DNA of 32,000 nt from assembly GCF_900187275.1 (NCBI RefSeq), contig NZ_LT906458.1:1710001-1742000 (forward strand), written 5' to 3'. The stretch is from Pasteurella multocida (GTDB lineage Bacteria; Pseudomonadota; Gammaproteobacteria; Enterobacterales; Pasteurellaceae). Below, one piece after another: positions 15,044 to 26,012 of the stretch. A model generated the notes under the pieces. It did no database searches. It saw only the letters and a list, made by a program, of their open reading frames with translations, and was not told the origin of the DNA. A program made the position numbers and the translations under genes. Position 1 is the first letter of the stretch. Each line of letters opens with the position of its first letter.

Positions 15044-15301
15044 TTAAGCAATTACTGCTTTTTCAACTACACGAACTAAAGTCCATGATTTCGTTTTAGA
15101 GAGTGGACGACACTCTTTAATTTCAACGACATCACCTAATTTAGCTTCGTTGTTCTCGTCATGCACGTGTAATTTCGTTGTACGACGGATAAACTTACCA
15201 TAAAGTGGGTGTTTAACCTTGCGTTCAATCGCAACAACGAACGATTTGTCCATTTTGTCGCTTACAACTTTACCTTGCACGCTACGAATTTTATCAGTCA
15301 T
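15044..15301 (-). CDS. rpsQ: 30S ribosomal protein S17
   Basis: ...[40 protein letters not shown]... is canonical S17. Confidence 0.97.
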   Translation of the reverse strand: MTDKIRSVQGKVVSDKMDKSFVVAIERKVKHPLYGKFIRRTTKLHVHDENNEAKLGDVVEIKECRPLSKTKSWTLVRVVEKAVIA

Positions 15302-15491
15302 TACTCACCCGCCTTTTCGGTTAATACAGTTTTTACTTGTGCAATACTACGACGCACTTGTTTTAACTGATGGGTTTGTTGAAGCTGACCGGTGGCTGCT
15401 TGCATACGCAACTTGAATTGCTCACCTAACAAGTTAACCAATTCAGCATTCAGCTCTTCAACACTTTTTGTACGTAGTTCTTGAGCTTTCA

Positions 15492-15492
<1 letters not shown>
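15301..15492 (-). CDS. rpmC: 50S ribosomal protein L29
   Basis: [31 protein letters not shown]... is canonical L29. It has one-base overlaps with both neighbouring genes. Confidence 0.97.
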
Positions 15493-15902
<410 letters not shown>

Positions 15903-15915
15903 CTAGCGATTCTCC

Positions 15916-16623
15916 TTACTTACGACCTTTGCCGCGTGGTGCCTTTTTAGGCTTATCAGCAGGTTGTTGTTCTGGTTGCGCAATTGCAGCCATTCCACCG
16001 AGGATTTCACCTTTGAAGATCCATACTTTAATACCGATTACACCGTATGTAGTATGGGCTTCAGCAGTGTTATAGTCGATGTCCGCACGTAATGTATGTA
16101 GAGGTACACGACCTTCACGATACCATTCAGAACGTGCAATTTCTGCACCACCTAAACGACCGCTTACTTCAACTTTGATACCTTTAGCACCTAAACGCAT
16201 TGCGTTTTGTACTGCACGTTTCATAGCACGACGGAACATAACACGACGTTCTAATTGAGAAGCGATACTATCTGCAACTAATTTTGCATCTAATTCAGGT
16301 TTTTTCACTTCAGCAATGTTGATTTGAGCTGGAACGCCTGCGATAGCCGCAACTGCGTTACGTAATTTTTCAACATCTTCACCTTTCTTACCGATAACGA
16401 TACCTGGGCGAGCTGTGTGAATTGTGACACGGATGCTTTTCGCTGGACGCTCAATAGTGATACGTGAAACGGAAGCATTCGCTAATTCTTTATTCAAGAA
16501 TTTACGTACTTTGAAATCGCCGTCTAAATTATCAGCGAAATCTTGTGTATTCGCAAACCAAGTAGAGCTCCAAGGCTTAACAATACCTAGGCGAATACCA
16601 TGTGGATGTACTTTTTGACCCAT
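15916..16623 (-). CDS. rpsC: 30S ribosomal protein S3
   Basis: [18 protein letters not shown]... is canonical S3. Confidence 0.97.
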   Translation of the reverse strand: MGQKVHPHGIRLGIVKPWSSTWFANTQDFADNLDGDFKVRKFLNKELANASVSRITIERPAKSIRVTIHTARPGIVIGKKGEDVEKLRNAVAAIAGVPAQINIAEVKKPELDAKLVADSIASQLERRVMFRRAMKRAVQNAMRLGAKGIKVEVSGRLGGAEIARSEWYREGRVPLHTLRADIDYNTAEAHTTYGVIGIKVWIFKGEILGGMAAIAQPEQQPADKPKKAPRGKGRK

Positions 16624-16640
16624 TGCTATTCCTCTACTTA

Positions 16641-16976
<336 letters not shown>

Positions 16977-16983
16977 TTACCCC

Positions 16984-17271
<288 letters not shown>

Positions 17272-17284
17272 TTATTAATTAATA

Positions 17285-18106
17285 TTATTTACCACGACGA
17301 CGTACGATGAATTTATCAGTACGTTTGTTATGGCGAGTTTTCTTACCTTTAGTTTGAACGCCCCAAGGTGTGACTGGGTGTTTACCAAAGTTACGACCTT
17401 CACCACCACCGTGTGGGTGATCTACTGGGTTCATTGCTGTACCACGAACTGTTGGGCGAATGCCTCTCCAGCGGTTAGCACCTGCTTTACCCAATACGCG
17501 AAGCATGTGTTCTGAGTTACCAACTTCACCAATGGTCGCTGTACACTCAGCTAAAACTTTACGCATTTCGCCTGAGCGAAGACGTAAAGTAACATAGTTA
17601 CCTTCACGAGCGATAATTTGTACATAAGCACCAGCTGAACGCGCGATTTGACCGCCTTTACCTGGTTTTAATTCAACGTTATGTACAGTCGAACCAACTG
17701 GAATATTACGCATTGGTAACGCATTACCAACTTTAATTGGCGCATTCGCTCCAGATTGGATTGTATCGCCTGCAGACAAACCTTTAGGTGCTAAGATATA
17801 ACGGCGTTCGCCATCTTTATAAAGCACTAAAGCAATATTTGCAGAACGGTTAGGGTCATATTCTAGACGCTCAACAACCGCTGGAATATCTAACTTGTTA
17901 CGTTTGAAATCGATTAAACGGTAATGTTGTTTATGACCACCACCAATATGGCGAGTAGTAATACGTCCGAAATTGTTACGACCACCTGTTTTAGATTTTG
18001 TATCTAAAAGTGGTGCGTAAGGTTTACCCTTGTGTAATTCAGGGTTCACGATTTTAACAACGTGACGACGACCAGCGGAGGTCGGCTTACATTTAACGAT
18101 AGCCAT
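17285..18106 (-). CDS. rplB: 50S ribosomal protein L2
   Basis: [30 protein letters not shown]... is canonical L2. Confidence 0.97.
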   Translation of the reverse strand: MAIVKCKPTSAGRRHVVKIVNPELHKGKPYAPLLDTKSKTGGRNNFGRITTRHIGGGHKQHYRLIDFKRNKLDIPAVVERLEYDPNRSANIALVLYKDGERRYILAPKGLSAGDTIQSGANAPIKVGNALPMRNIPVGSTVHNVELKPGKGGQIARSAGAYVQIIAREGNYVTLRLRSGEMRKVLAECTATIGEVGNSEHMLRVLGKAGANRWRGIRPTVRGTAMNPVDHPHGGGEGRNFGKHPVTPWGVQTKGKKTRHNKRTDKFIVRRRGK

Positions 18107-18125
18107 TATTTTCTACTCCTCCGAA

Positions 18126-18428
18126 TTACTCTGCACCTTCAACGAAGTCAAGTGATTGACCTTCTTGAAGAGTTACATAAGCTTTTTTCCAGTCACTGCG
18201 ACGTCCCATTCTTGCACCGTGGCGTTTAGTTTTACCTTTCACCACAACGGTGCGAACAGAATCCACTTTCACTTCAAATAATTGCTCAACAGCGTTAGCA
18301 ATTTCAACTTTATTTGCATCTAAAGCCACTTTGAAAACGATTGTGTTAGACTTCTCAGCGTTATTTGTTGCTTTTTCAGAGACATGTGGTGCTTTTAACA
18401 CTTTTAGCAAACGTTCTTGTTGAATCAT
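18126..18428 (-). CDS. rplW: 50S ribosomal protein L23
   Basis: [21 protein letters not shown]... is canonical L23. It overlaps rplD by 4 nt. Confidence 0.97.
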   Translation of the reverse strand: MIQQERLLKVLKAPHVSEKATNNAEKSNTIVFKVALDANKVEIANAVEQLFEVKVDSVRTVVVKGKTKRHGARMGRRSDWKKAYVTLQEGQSLDFVEGAE

Positions 18429-19027
18429 GCTAACATCTCCTCAATTTGTTTCACAGCATCAACAGTGACAACAACTTTATCAAATGCGATTAGGCTGACT
18501 GGATCGATACCTTGCACATCACGTACATCTACTTTGTAAAGGTTACGTGCGGCTAAGAATAGATTTTCATCTAAGCTTGCTGTGATAATTAACACATCTT
18601 CGAGTGCTAATTCTTTTAATTTTTGTACTAAAACTTTCGTTTTTGGCGCTTCAACTTCGAACTTCTCAACCACGATTAAACGGTCTTGACGAACAAGTTC
18701 AGAAAGAATGCTTTTGATTGCACCACGGTACATTTTCTTGTTCACTTTTTGGCTGTGATCTTGTGGTTTCGCTGCGAAAGTGACACCACCTGAACGCCAG
18801 ATTGGTGATTTGATATCACCTGAACGAGCACGACCAGTACCTTTTTGACGCCAAGGTTTTTTACCTGAACCAGACACTTCAGCACGAGTTTTTTGCGCAC
18901 GAGAACCTTGACGGGCACCTGCTGCATAAGCAACAACAACTTGGTGAATCAATGCTTCGTTGAACTCACGTCCGAAGGTAGTTTCAGAAACAGTTAGTGC
19001 GTTTGCACCTACAACTTGTAATTCCAT
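18425..19027 (-). CDS. rplD: 50S ribosomal protein L4
   Basis: ...[47 protein letters not shown]... is canonical L4. Confidence 0.97.
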   Translation of the reverse strand: MELQVVGANALTVSETTFGREFNEALIHQVVVAYAAGARQGSRAQKTRAEVSGSGKKPWRQKGTGRARSGDIKSPIWRSGGVTFAAKPQDHSQKVNKKMYRGAIKSILSELVRQDRLIVVEKFEVEAPKTKVLVQKLKELALEDVLIITASLDENLFLAARNLYKVDVRDVQGIDPVSLIAFDKVVVTVDAVKQIEEMLA

Positions 19028-19041
19028 CTCTATCTCCTGAC

Positions 19042-19671
19042 TTATGCTTTAACTGCTGGTTTAACGATAACATCACCATTAGTTGCGCCTGGAACAGCAC
19101 CTTTCACTAATAGTAATTTACGCTCAGCATCAACACGAACAACTTCAAGTGATTGAACGGTTACACGCTCATTACCTAAGTGTCCTGCCATTTTTTTACC
19201 TTTAAACACACGACCTGGTGTTTGGTTTTGACCAATCGAACCAAGTACACGATGTGATAAAGAGTTACCGTGAGTAGCATCTTGAGTACGGAAGTTCCAG
19301 CGTTTAACACCGCCAGCAAAACCTTTACCTTTAGATGTACCAGTAACATCAACTTTTTTAACATCAGCGAAGATGTCAACATTAATTTCTTGACCTAAAG
19401 TGAATTCTTCACCTTCAGTAGTACGAAATTCCCATAAACCGCGACCAGCTTCAACACCTGCTTTCACGAAATGACCCGCTTCTGGCTTAGTTACACGACT
19501 TGCTTTTTTAGAGCCAGTAGTAACTTGAATTGCAGAATAGCCATCTGTTTCTACAGTTTTAACTTGAGTAACACGGTTGGCTTCGATTTCGATAACGGTA
19601 ACTGGAATTGAAACGCCATCTTCATTGAAGATACGAGTCATACCAACTTTGCGACCGACTAAACCAATCAT
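19042..19671 (-). CDS. rplC: 50S ribosomal protein L3
   Basis: [28 protein letters not shown]... is canonical L3. Confidence 0.97.
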   Translation of the reverse strand: MIGLVGRKVGMTRIFNEDGVSIPVTVIEIEANRVTQVKTVETDGYSAIQVTTGSKKASRVTKPEAGHFVKAGVEAGRGLWEFRTTEGEEFTLGQEINVDIFADVKKVDVTGTSKGKGFAGGVKRWNFRTQDATHGNSLSHRVLGSIGQNQTPGRVFKGKKMAGHLGNERVTVQSLEVVRVDAERKLLLVKGAVPGATNGDVIVKPAVKA

Positions 19672-19687
19672 TGTAATAACCTCTTAA

Positions 19688-20026
<339 letters not shown>

Positions 20027-20027
20027 C

Positions 20028-20079
20028 TAATAAAAAACTAACACCAACACTTTTCTTACTTCTAAAAACGAAAAGGGGT
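20028..20079 (-). promoter_or_regulatory. Candidate S10-leader attenuator hairpin (L4 autoregulation analogue)
   Basis: The minus strand reads CACC-C-CTTTTC, a 14 nt loop, GAAAAG-TGTT-GGTG, then TTAGTTTTTTATT. The U-run ends about 30 nt before the rpsJ ATG, the same relative position as the E. coli L4-responsive attenuator. The structure was found by eye and its function is inferred. Confidence 0.35.
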
Positions 20080-20191
20080 GCAAGTTGACCTGTTTATAGT
20101 TTCCCAATCGGAAACATTTTACGTATTACCTATTGTAATACTCGTTTAATAAATGATTACATTAAACGGCTCTCTGTGAGAAAGCTTGCGA

Positions 20192-20220
20192 ATTTTACTG
20201 AAAAGCACCGCACTTTGCAA
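20192..20220 (-). promoter_or_regulatory. Candidate S10-operon promoter (TTGCAA-17-TAAAAT) with an embedded USS
   Basis: The minus strand reads TTGCAA AGTGCGGTGCTTTTCAG TAAAAT. This gives a leader of about 186 nt (E. coli has about 172 nt). A perfect USS (+ strand 20207-20215, ACCGCACTT) occupies the spacer and the last base of the -35 hexamer. Confidence 0.55.
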
Positions 20221-20271
20221 GTCTTTTTTGATCACTAAATCAAAGAAATCCGCTTGATTGTCTGCTGAATA

Positions 20272-20300
20272 TTTAGCTAAACGGGATTTTACGTTATAAT
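20272..20300 (+). promoter_or_regulatory. Candidate promoter of the ClC gene
   Basis: TTTAGC, 17 nt spacer, TATAAT (perfect -10 at 20295-20300), 33 nt upstream of the ATG at 20334. Confidence 0.4.
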
Positions 20301-20333
20301 TTGCCACTCTCTTCCTGACTCAATCAAGCATCT

Positions 20334-21704
20334 ATGTTTTTTCCAACGCAATTGAATAGCAAAGTGCGGTATGTTTTACATAAAAAATTACGCCAAACAC
20401 ACCGTATTTCTCGTAAAAGTTTAGAATTTAGCGCACTCCTGATTGGTGCAGCGCTCGTCGCCCTTTTTTCTCTTGGTTTTGCCAAATTGGCAGATCTCGG
20501 TCTCGAGTGGAATGCGCACTGGAGTGCACAATATCCCCTTGCTGTTTGGCTTGTGTTACCGGGCGGCTTAGCTTTACTGGCGTGGTTTACCGCAAAATAC
20601 ACCCCTTATGTGGCAGGCAGTGGCATTCCACAAGTTATCGCGGCGATAAGTTTACCACATGGGAATAATAAGAGTCGTCTGGTCGCCTTTTGGCAGACTC
20701 TGTGGAAAATTCCGCTCACGTTTCTTGCCATGCTGATTGGGGCATCCGTAGGGCGTGAAGGTCCTTCCGTGCAAGTTGGTGCCGCCGTGATGCTCGCTTG
20801 GGGTAATCTTTGTCGCAAAAAAGGCATTGCCTTTAACGGACTCAGCGCTAATGAACTAATGGCGACCGGTGCCGCTGGCGGACTAGCTGCGGCATTCAAT
20901 GCGCCTTTGGCTGGCGTGATCTTTGCCATCGAAGAACTTGGTCGTGGCGTGCTATTACGCTGGGAACGACGTGTCTTATTGGGTGTGTTAGCCGCCGGCT
21001 TTATTTTAGTGGCGATTGAAGGTAACAACCCTTACTTTCCACAATACCATGGTGAAACCTCTGTACCTTATCTGTTTTTATGGGTCAGTTTATGTGGCGT
21101 TGTATGTGGCTTCTTTGGCGGGATCTTTGCGCGTTTATTAGTCAAAGGATTAGCGGGGCTTTCTCCGTCCAAAATACGCGGTTGGATTCGCCGTCATCCG
21201 ATTTATGTGGCATTCATTTTAGGGCTGTTCCTCGCGGCCTTAGGGACTTATACCCAAGGCAAAACCTATGGTACCGGTTATTATGTGGTGGCAGACGCGT
21301 TAGATGGACAACCTTTAAGCAGTGAATTTGGTTTATTAAAACTTCTCTCCACTGTCGCTACTTATTGGACGGGCATCGCTGGCGGTATCTTTACACCAGC
21401 ATTAACTACCGGCGCTGGGATTGGTGCACAAATTTAGGCAATGACTGGCGGTATCGTTGATCAACGCTTACTGGTTTTACTCTGCATGGCGGGCTTTTTA
21501 GCCGGAGCGACCCAATCGCCTGTGACAGCAAGCGTAGTCGTGATGGAGATGACGGGCTGTCAGCCTGTCTTATTTTGGTTATTGATTTGTTGCTTGGTTT
21601 CGTCCATTATTTCACGCCAATTTCACCCAAAACCCTTTTATCATTTTGCGGCTGGACGTTTTCGCCAACGCATTCAAGAAGACACAAGAGAACAAGAAAA
21701 ATGA
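20334..21704 (+). pseudogene. ClC-family chloride channel / H+-Cl- antiporter interrupted by one in-frame TAG (21435-21437)
   Basis: The two track ORFs (20334-21437 and 21441-21704) are in the same frame, separated only by TAG-GCA. The N-terminal part carries GSGIPQ, GREGPSVQ and GGIFTPALTTG. The C-terminal part carries ...[14 protein letters not shown]... and the central-Tyr motif region (PKPFY). Together they make a normal ClC of about 456 aa. Confidence 0.7.
20362..20370 (+). repeat. USS core AAGTGCGGT inside the ClC 5' coding region
   Basis: Perfect 9-mer, encoding part of NSKVRY. Confidence 0.9.
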
Positions 21705-22684
21705 TCCAAAACCAACCGCACTTTTACCGTGGGCGCTTTTCCGTTGCCCCAATGCTCGATTGGACCACTCGCCATTGTCGCTATTTCCATCGTCAATTTA
21801 GCCAACACGCCTTACTCTATACGGAAATGGTGACAACAGGAGCGATTATTCATGCCAAATATGATCACCTTGAATTTTCGCCAGCAGAAAACCCCGTAGC
21901 ATTACAATTAGGCGGAAGCGATCCTGCCCAACTCGCCCAATGTGCAAAAATCGCACAACAGCGAGGCTATACAGAAATCAATCTCAATGTTGGTTGCCCT
22001 TCTGATCGGGTGCAAAATGGCATGTTCGGTGCCTGTTTAATGGCAAAAGCCGATTTAGTGGCAGACTGTGTCAATGCGATGCAAACGGAAGTCAGCATTC
22101 CCGTCACGGTAAAAACTCGCATTGGTATTGATGATCTCGACAGCTATGAATTCCTGTGTGAGTTTGTGCAGAAAGTACATGAAGCTGGTTGCCAAGAATT
22201 TATCATTCACGCCCGCAAAGCGTGGCTTTCTGGCTTAAGCCCGAAAGAAAACCGCGAAATTCCCCCCTTAGATTATGAACGCGTGTATCAACTCAAACGG
22301 GATTTTGCGCATTTACACATGAGCATTAATGGTGGCATTAAAACCCTTGAAGAGATGCAACAACATTTGCAGTATATGGACGGCGTCATGGTGGGGCGTG
22401 AAGCCTATCAAAATCCGAGCTTATTGGGCTATATTGATCAAGCCTTATTTGATCCAACCTGTCCTGTGGTTACTCCAAGAGAAGCCGTAGAAAAAATGTT
22501 TCCTTATATTGAACAACAACTGAGCCAAGGCGTGTATTTAAATCATGTGGTTCGCCATATGCTTGGTGCATTCCAAAGCTGTAAAGGGGCACGCCAATGG
22601 CGCCGTTATTTAAGTGAAAATGCGCACAAAACCGGAGCTGGCTTGGAAGTGGTCGAAAAAGCGTTAAGTTTTGTGGCAAGTTAA
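21701..22684 (+). CDS. dusA: tRNA-dihydrouridine(20/20a) synthase DusA
   Basis: [21 protein letters not shown]... and the TIM-barrel Dus sequence. The track ORF begins upstream in the ClC gene. The ATG at 21701 ([21 protein letters not shown]) fits DusA N-termini and overlaps the ClC stop (ATGA). Confidence 0.9.
   Translation: MIQNQPHFYRGRFSVAPMLDWTTRHCRYFHRQFSQHALLYTEMVTTGAIIHAKYDHLEFSPAENPVALQLGGSDPAQLAQCAKIAQQRGYTEINLNVGCPSDRVQNGMFGACLMAKADLVADCVNAMQTEVSIPVTVKTRIGIDDLDSYEFLCEFVQKVHEAGCQEFIIHARKAWLSGLSPKENREIPPLDYERVYQLKRDFAHLHMSINGGIKTLEEMQQHLQYMDGVMVGREAYQNPSLLGYIDQALFDPTCPVVTPREAVEKMFPYIEQQLSQGVYLNHVVRHMLGAFQSCKGARQWRRYLSENAHKTGAGLEVVEKALSFVAS
21715..21723 (-). repeat. USS core (ACCGCACTT on + strand) inside dusA codons 5-8
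   Basis: Perfect 9-mer. Confidence 0.9.
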
Positions 22685-22711
22685 CACTAAAAAACAAGCA
22701 CAAAATAGACA

Positions 22712-22757
22712 AAAGTGCGGTCATTTTTTGAAATGTTTTGAAAATACACCGCACTTT
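22712..22757 (+). repeat. Inverted USS pair after dusA (weak terminator-like hairpin)
   Basis: AAAGTGCGGT (22712-22721) / ACCGCACTTT (22748-22757) form a 10 bp stem with a 26 nt loop and only a short T-run. Confidence 0.6.
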
Positions 22758-22762
22758 ATCAA

Positions 22763-22791
22763 CAAAAAGGGGCGTTACTCGCCCCTTTTAG
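22763..22791. terminator. Bidirectional intrinsic terminator (dusA / tnaB convergent)
   Basis: AAAAGGGGCG (22765-22774) / CGCCCCTTTT (22780-22789) form a GC-rich 10 bp stem with a 5 nt loop and T-runs on both strands. It lies 14 nt from the tnaB stop. Confidence 0.85.
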
Positions 22792-22804
22792 TATCTTTAT
22801 CAAA

Positions 22805-24031
22805 TTACCCTTTAAATACAGGTAACATGCCAAACATGGCAAGGAAGTGGAATAATGCAGTCACAATACCAAATACCATGACCACAACAATCGTAACATT
22901 GCCACCACCGACCATAAAGCCCGTTTGTCCATTTGGTAAGCTACGTGATTTTCTTGCTAATAAGGCAGGGATAATACAAGTCCAAATAGTGGCTACCGCG
23001 CCAGCATAACCAATCGCTTTTAAGAAACCGAGTGGGTAGGCGACAGAAAGAATTAGTGGTGGTAAGAAGGTTACCGCCCAAGACTTCGCACGTCCTTCTT
23101 TGCTGTTATCAAATTTAAAGAAATCTGCTAAGAAATCAAACACCCCTAATCCCACACCAATAAATGAAGATAAAATCGCCGCAATTGAAAACGCATTAAT
23201 CGCTTGTTTGACTGAAGCAGACTCAATCACATTACCCAAAGCGCCAAGTAATACATCTAAATTTCCGTCACTGGCTAACACTGGTGCGAATTGATCGCGT
23301 GGTAAATTCCCAAAAATCGATACCACCCATAATAGATAAAGAGTTAACGCGATACCGGTACCGCCAAGGATCGCATATTTCGCTTTACGCTCATCACCAT
23401 AGTAAGCTCGCATTGTTGCAACCGAATGATGATAGCCAAAGGAAGTTAATGCTACGGGTAATAATCCCATTGCATACATCGCATAATGTGATTCTGTACC
23501 TTTCGTATCAAATAAAGTGCTTAAATCAATATTTACGGTTAAACCAAAGACACTAAAAAGGAATGAAAGCGCCATAAAGATGATCAGTAAAACGGAAACA
23601 CGGTCAACAATACGCGTTGAATGCCAAACAAAGAAGGAAAAAACAAAGACAAAAATCACTGACCAAATCCGTGAATCTAAGGCAAAATACGGTGCCGCAA
23701 GTCCGCTTAAGATACCCCCAGACGCGGTAGTATAAGCATACAATAAAATCCCCCCGACAAAATAAACTGCAAGATTATTGATCGTATTGACGGAATTCCC
23801 GAGCATGCTTTTGGTCACGGTATTAAACGAAGCACGCAGATCATAATGCTTGTAAGCTTCTAATAATAACCAACCTGAAATTGTCATGGTAAACATCGTA
23901 AAACAGATCGTCAAAATAGACCAAATTGTCCAAGCACCGGCACCCGAGCTTGGTAACCCTAACATACCCGCGCCGACACACACACTGGCAATAATACAGG
24001 CACCACCGAAAATTGAAGGCGTCTTTTTCAT
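22805..24031 (-). CDS. tnaB: Tryptophan-specific permease (HAAAP family, TnaB/Mtr-like)
   Basis: 408 aa polytopic protein. The N-terminus (IFGGACIIASVCVGAGMLGLP) is typical of aromatic amino acid permeases, and it lies directly downstream of tnaA. Confidence 0.9.
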   Translation of the reverse strand: MKKTPSIFGGACIIASVCVGAGMLGLPSSGAGAWTIWSILTICFTMFTMTISGWLLLEAYKHYDLRASFNTVTKSMLGNSVNTINNLAVYFVGGILLYAYTTASGGILSGLAAPYFALDSRIWSVIFVFVFSFFVWHSTRIVDRVSVLLIIFMALSFLFSVFGLTVNIDLSTLFDTKGTESHYAMYAMGLLPVALTSFGYHHSVATMRAYYGDERKAKYAILGGTGIALTLYLLWVVSIFGNLPRDQFAPVLASDGNLDVLLGALGNVIESASVKQAINAFSIAAILSSFIGVGLGVFDFLADFFKFDNSKEGRAKSWAVTFLPPLILSVAYPLGFLKAIGYAGAVATIWTCIIPALLARKSRSLPNGQTGFMVGGGNVTIVVVMVFGIVTALFHFLAMFGMLPVFKG

Positions 24032-24054
24032 AATGCATTTCCTTTCAAAATAAA

Positions 24055-24096
24055 ATCAATAAAAAATGCAGTTCCTGATCGCTCAGAAACTGCATT
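24055..24096 (-). terminator. Strong hairpin plus U-run between tnaA and tnaB (candidate intra-operon attenuator)
   Basis: AATGCAGTTCCTGA (24065-24078) / TCAGAAACTGCATT (24083-24096) pair at 13 of 14 positions with a 4 nt loop. The minus strand is followed by TTTTTTATTGATTTTATTTT. Confidence 0.5.
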
Positions 24097-24103
24097 AAGC
24101 TTG

Positions 24104-25519
24104 TTATACTTCTTTTAAGCGTGCCGTGAAGTGACGTAAAACTTTTGGCTCATAAGTAAAGGTTAACCCTTTAATATTTTCTGCATTTTCTTTGACTTGC
24201 TTAAATGCTTCAATAATGAAGTCCATGTGCGTTTGAGTATAAGTTGCACGAGGAATCGTTAAACGTAATAACTCCGCAGGACAAGGCAATTGTTTACCGG
24301 TTTTTGGATCACGACCTAATAAGAACGAACCGATTTCTACTGCACGAATTCCCGCCACCTTATAAAGTTCACAAGCAAGGGCTTGCGCAGGGAATTGATC
24401 GGCTGGAATATGTGGCAACAATTTTCCTGCGTCAACGAATGCCGCGTGACCACCAGGTTGTTGACATACGACGCCAATCGCTTCTAAACCATTCACCAAA
24501 TACTCAATTTGATTAATACGATACGCTAACCAATCTTGACGCATACCATCACGTAGCCCCACCGCTAAACGCTCCATTGCGCCCCCTTCTAAACCGCCAT
24601 AGGTCGGGAAGCCTTCTTGTACGACACAAAGTGTACGACACTCGTTATACACATCTTCCATGGATTTATCTTTAAAGCAGAGTAAGCCACCCATTGGCAC
24701 CATCGCATCTTTTTTCGCAGACATCGCTAAAGCATCAGCATATTTATAGCTTTCATAAGTGATTTGTTCGATCGTCCACTCTTTATAGCCAGGTTCACGT
24801 TGTTGGATGAAATAGGCATTTTCTGCAAAACGGGCGGAATCCATGACGACTGGAATATCATATTTTTTCGCAATCTCATACATTGCTCGCATATTGGCTA
24901 ATGATACAGGCTGACCACCCGCAGAGTTACACGTAATGGTACAAACAATATATGGGACGTTTTCAGCACCGACTTCTTGAATCCCTTGTTCTAATTTTTC
25001 AAGATCAAAATCCCCTTTGAAATCGGCGTTAACACTGGTATCAAACGCTTCTTTTGTATAAACGTTACGCACTGTCGCACCATTAATTTGGCTATGACCT
25101 TGTGTGGTATCGAAGAAATAGTTAGAGAACACCACCATTTTGCTACGATCTAAGCCTTTTTCTTGCTCGCGCTTTTTAATTAATACGGGAATATAAATTT
25201 GTTCTGCACCACGACCTTGGTGAGTTGGAATTGTATATTCATAACCAAAAATCTCTTTCACCGCATTCGCTAGCGCATGATAGCTACGACTACCACTGTA
25301 TGCTTCATCGCCACGTAACATCGCCGCTTGCATTTCCTGTGTTACTGCACCTGTTCCACTGTCAGTTAAGAGATCGATAAACACATCTTCACTGTCTAGT
25401 AAGAATGGGTTCATTCCCGCCTTTAAAATGGCTTCTTCACGGTACGAACGCGTGGTTCTTCTCACTGGCTCAATCACACGAATACGAAACGGCTCTGGTA
25501 AATGTTTGAAGTTTTCCAT
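24104..25519 (-). CDS. tnaA: Tryptophanase (L-tryptophan indole-lyase)
   Basis: 471 aa. [19 protein letters not shown]... and the PLP-lysine region (...[12 protein letters not shown]...) match TnaA. Confidence 0.97.
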   Translation of the reverse strand: MENFKHLPEPFRIRVIEPVRRTTRSYREEAILKAGMNPFLLDSEDVFIDLLTDSGTGAVTQEMQAAMLRGDEAYSGSRSYHALANAVKEIFGYEYTIPTHQGRGAEQIYIPVLIKKREQEKGLDRSKMVVFSNYFFDTTQGHSQINGATVRNVYTKEAFDTSVNADFKGDFDLEKLEQGIQEVGAENVPYIVCTITCNSAGGQPVSLANMRAMYEIAKKYDIPVVMDSARFAENAYFIQQREPGYKEWTIEQITYESYKYADALAMSAKKDAMVPMGGLLCFKDKSMEDVYNECRTLCVVQEGFPTYGGLEGGAMERLAVGLRDGMRQDWLAYRINQIEYLVNGLEAIGVVCQQPGGHAAFVDAGKLLPHIPADQFPAQALACELYKVAGIRAVEIGSFLLGRDPKTGKQLPCPAELLRLTIPRATYTQTHMDFIIEAFKQVKENAENIKGLTFTYEPKVLRHFTARLKEV

Positions 25520-25613
25520 AATAAAATCCTTAAAAGTAAGCTAAAAGAAGAGGAAGAAATAAATCGGGATTTATTCCAAATAAAAAAATATCTTGAGTTT
25601 GAAACGTAAAGGA

Positions 25614-25694
25614 TTAGCGTATTATGGGAAAAAAGAATGACAGTTTTGGATCAACAATAATCCAAACTTGATTAGGAGATAAAATCGACATCAT
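25614..25694 (-). CDS. tnaC: tna operon leader peptide TnaC (26 aa)
   Basis: Not in the ORF track. Hand translation gives MMSILSPNQVWIIVDPKLSFFFPIIR followed by a stop. AAGGA lies 7 nt upstream of the ATG. W11-x3-D15-x7-P23 matches the E. coli TnaC W12/D16/P24 spacing. Confidence 0.7.
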   Translation of the reverse strand: MMSILSPNQVWIIVDPKLSFFFPIIR

Positions 25695-25757
25695 AGAATT
25701 ATCCTTTTTAAAGTAAGAAGAGATAATAACTTATGCTTGAGAATTGCTCTCGAACAT

Positions 25758-25786
25758 AAAGTAACCATCTGTACAGAATTTGTCAC
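25758..25786 (-). promoter_or_regulatory. Candidate tna promoter (GTGACA-17-TACTTT)
   Basis: The minus-strand hexamers lie 17 nt downstream of the CRP site. That places the CRP centre near -60.5/-61.5, a class I geometry as in E. coli tna. It is a sequence match only. Confidence 0.45.
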
Positions 25787-25803
25787 CTCGAAAATGCCAG
25801 AGT

Positions 25804-25819
25804 TGTGAGTGGAATCACA
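25804..25819. promoter_or_regulatory. Consensus CRP (cAMP receptor protein) binding site
   Basis: TGTGA-GTGGAA-TCACA has both perfect half-sites with a 6 bp spacer. It lies 110 bp upstream of the tnaC ATG in the tna/oad divergent region. Confidence 0.7.
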
Positions 25820-26003
25820 AAAATAAGCGCCAAAGAAAGAAAAATTTCACTCTAATATTAAAATAGTATATAAAGAGAAAATGCTTTTTATTTCAAAATG
25901 ATATAAATAATCAGGTGAGTTATACTTAAACGTTATACCGATTTACTTTTAGGCAAATGAAGTAGAAATTTTGACCTAGACCAAGAAAACGTTGATTAAA
26001 TCG

Positions 26004-26012
26004 ACCGCACTT
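26004..26012 (-). repeat. USS core (ACCGCACTT on + strand) upstream of oadG
   Basis: Perfect 9-mer. Confidence 0.9.

Noticed and set aside
20324-21028. Minus-strand ORFs (92 aa and 140 aa) opposite the ClC gene, and the +2 frame ORF at 21080-21325.
   Set aside because: They are Pro/Ala/Arg-rich shadow frames of a somewhat GC-richer membrane-protein gene. The ClC frame carries all the family motifs.
21575-21700. N-terminal extension of the dusA ORF as given in the track (start 21575).
   Set aside because: The extension is an out-of-frame read of the ClC 3' end. DusA homology begins at the ATG at 21701, which forms an ATGA overlap with the ClC stop.
21441-22684. Possibility of a dusA-targeting integrative element, since the dusA 5' end is a known integration hotspot.
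   Set aside because: I saw no integrase, no duplicated dusA 5' segment and no foreign-looking genes on either side. dusA abuts the ClC gene directly.
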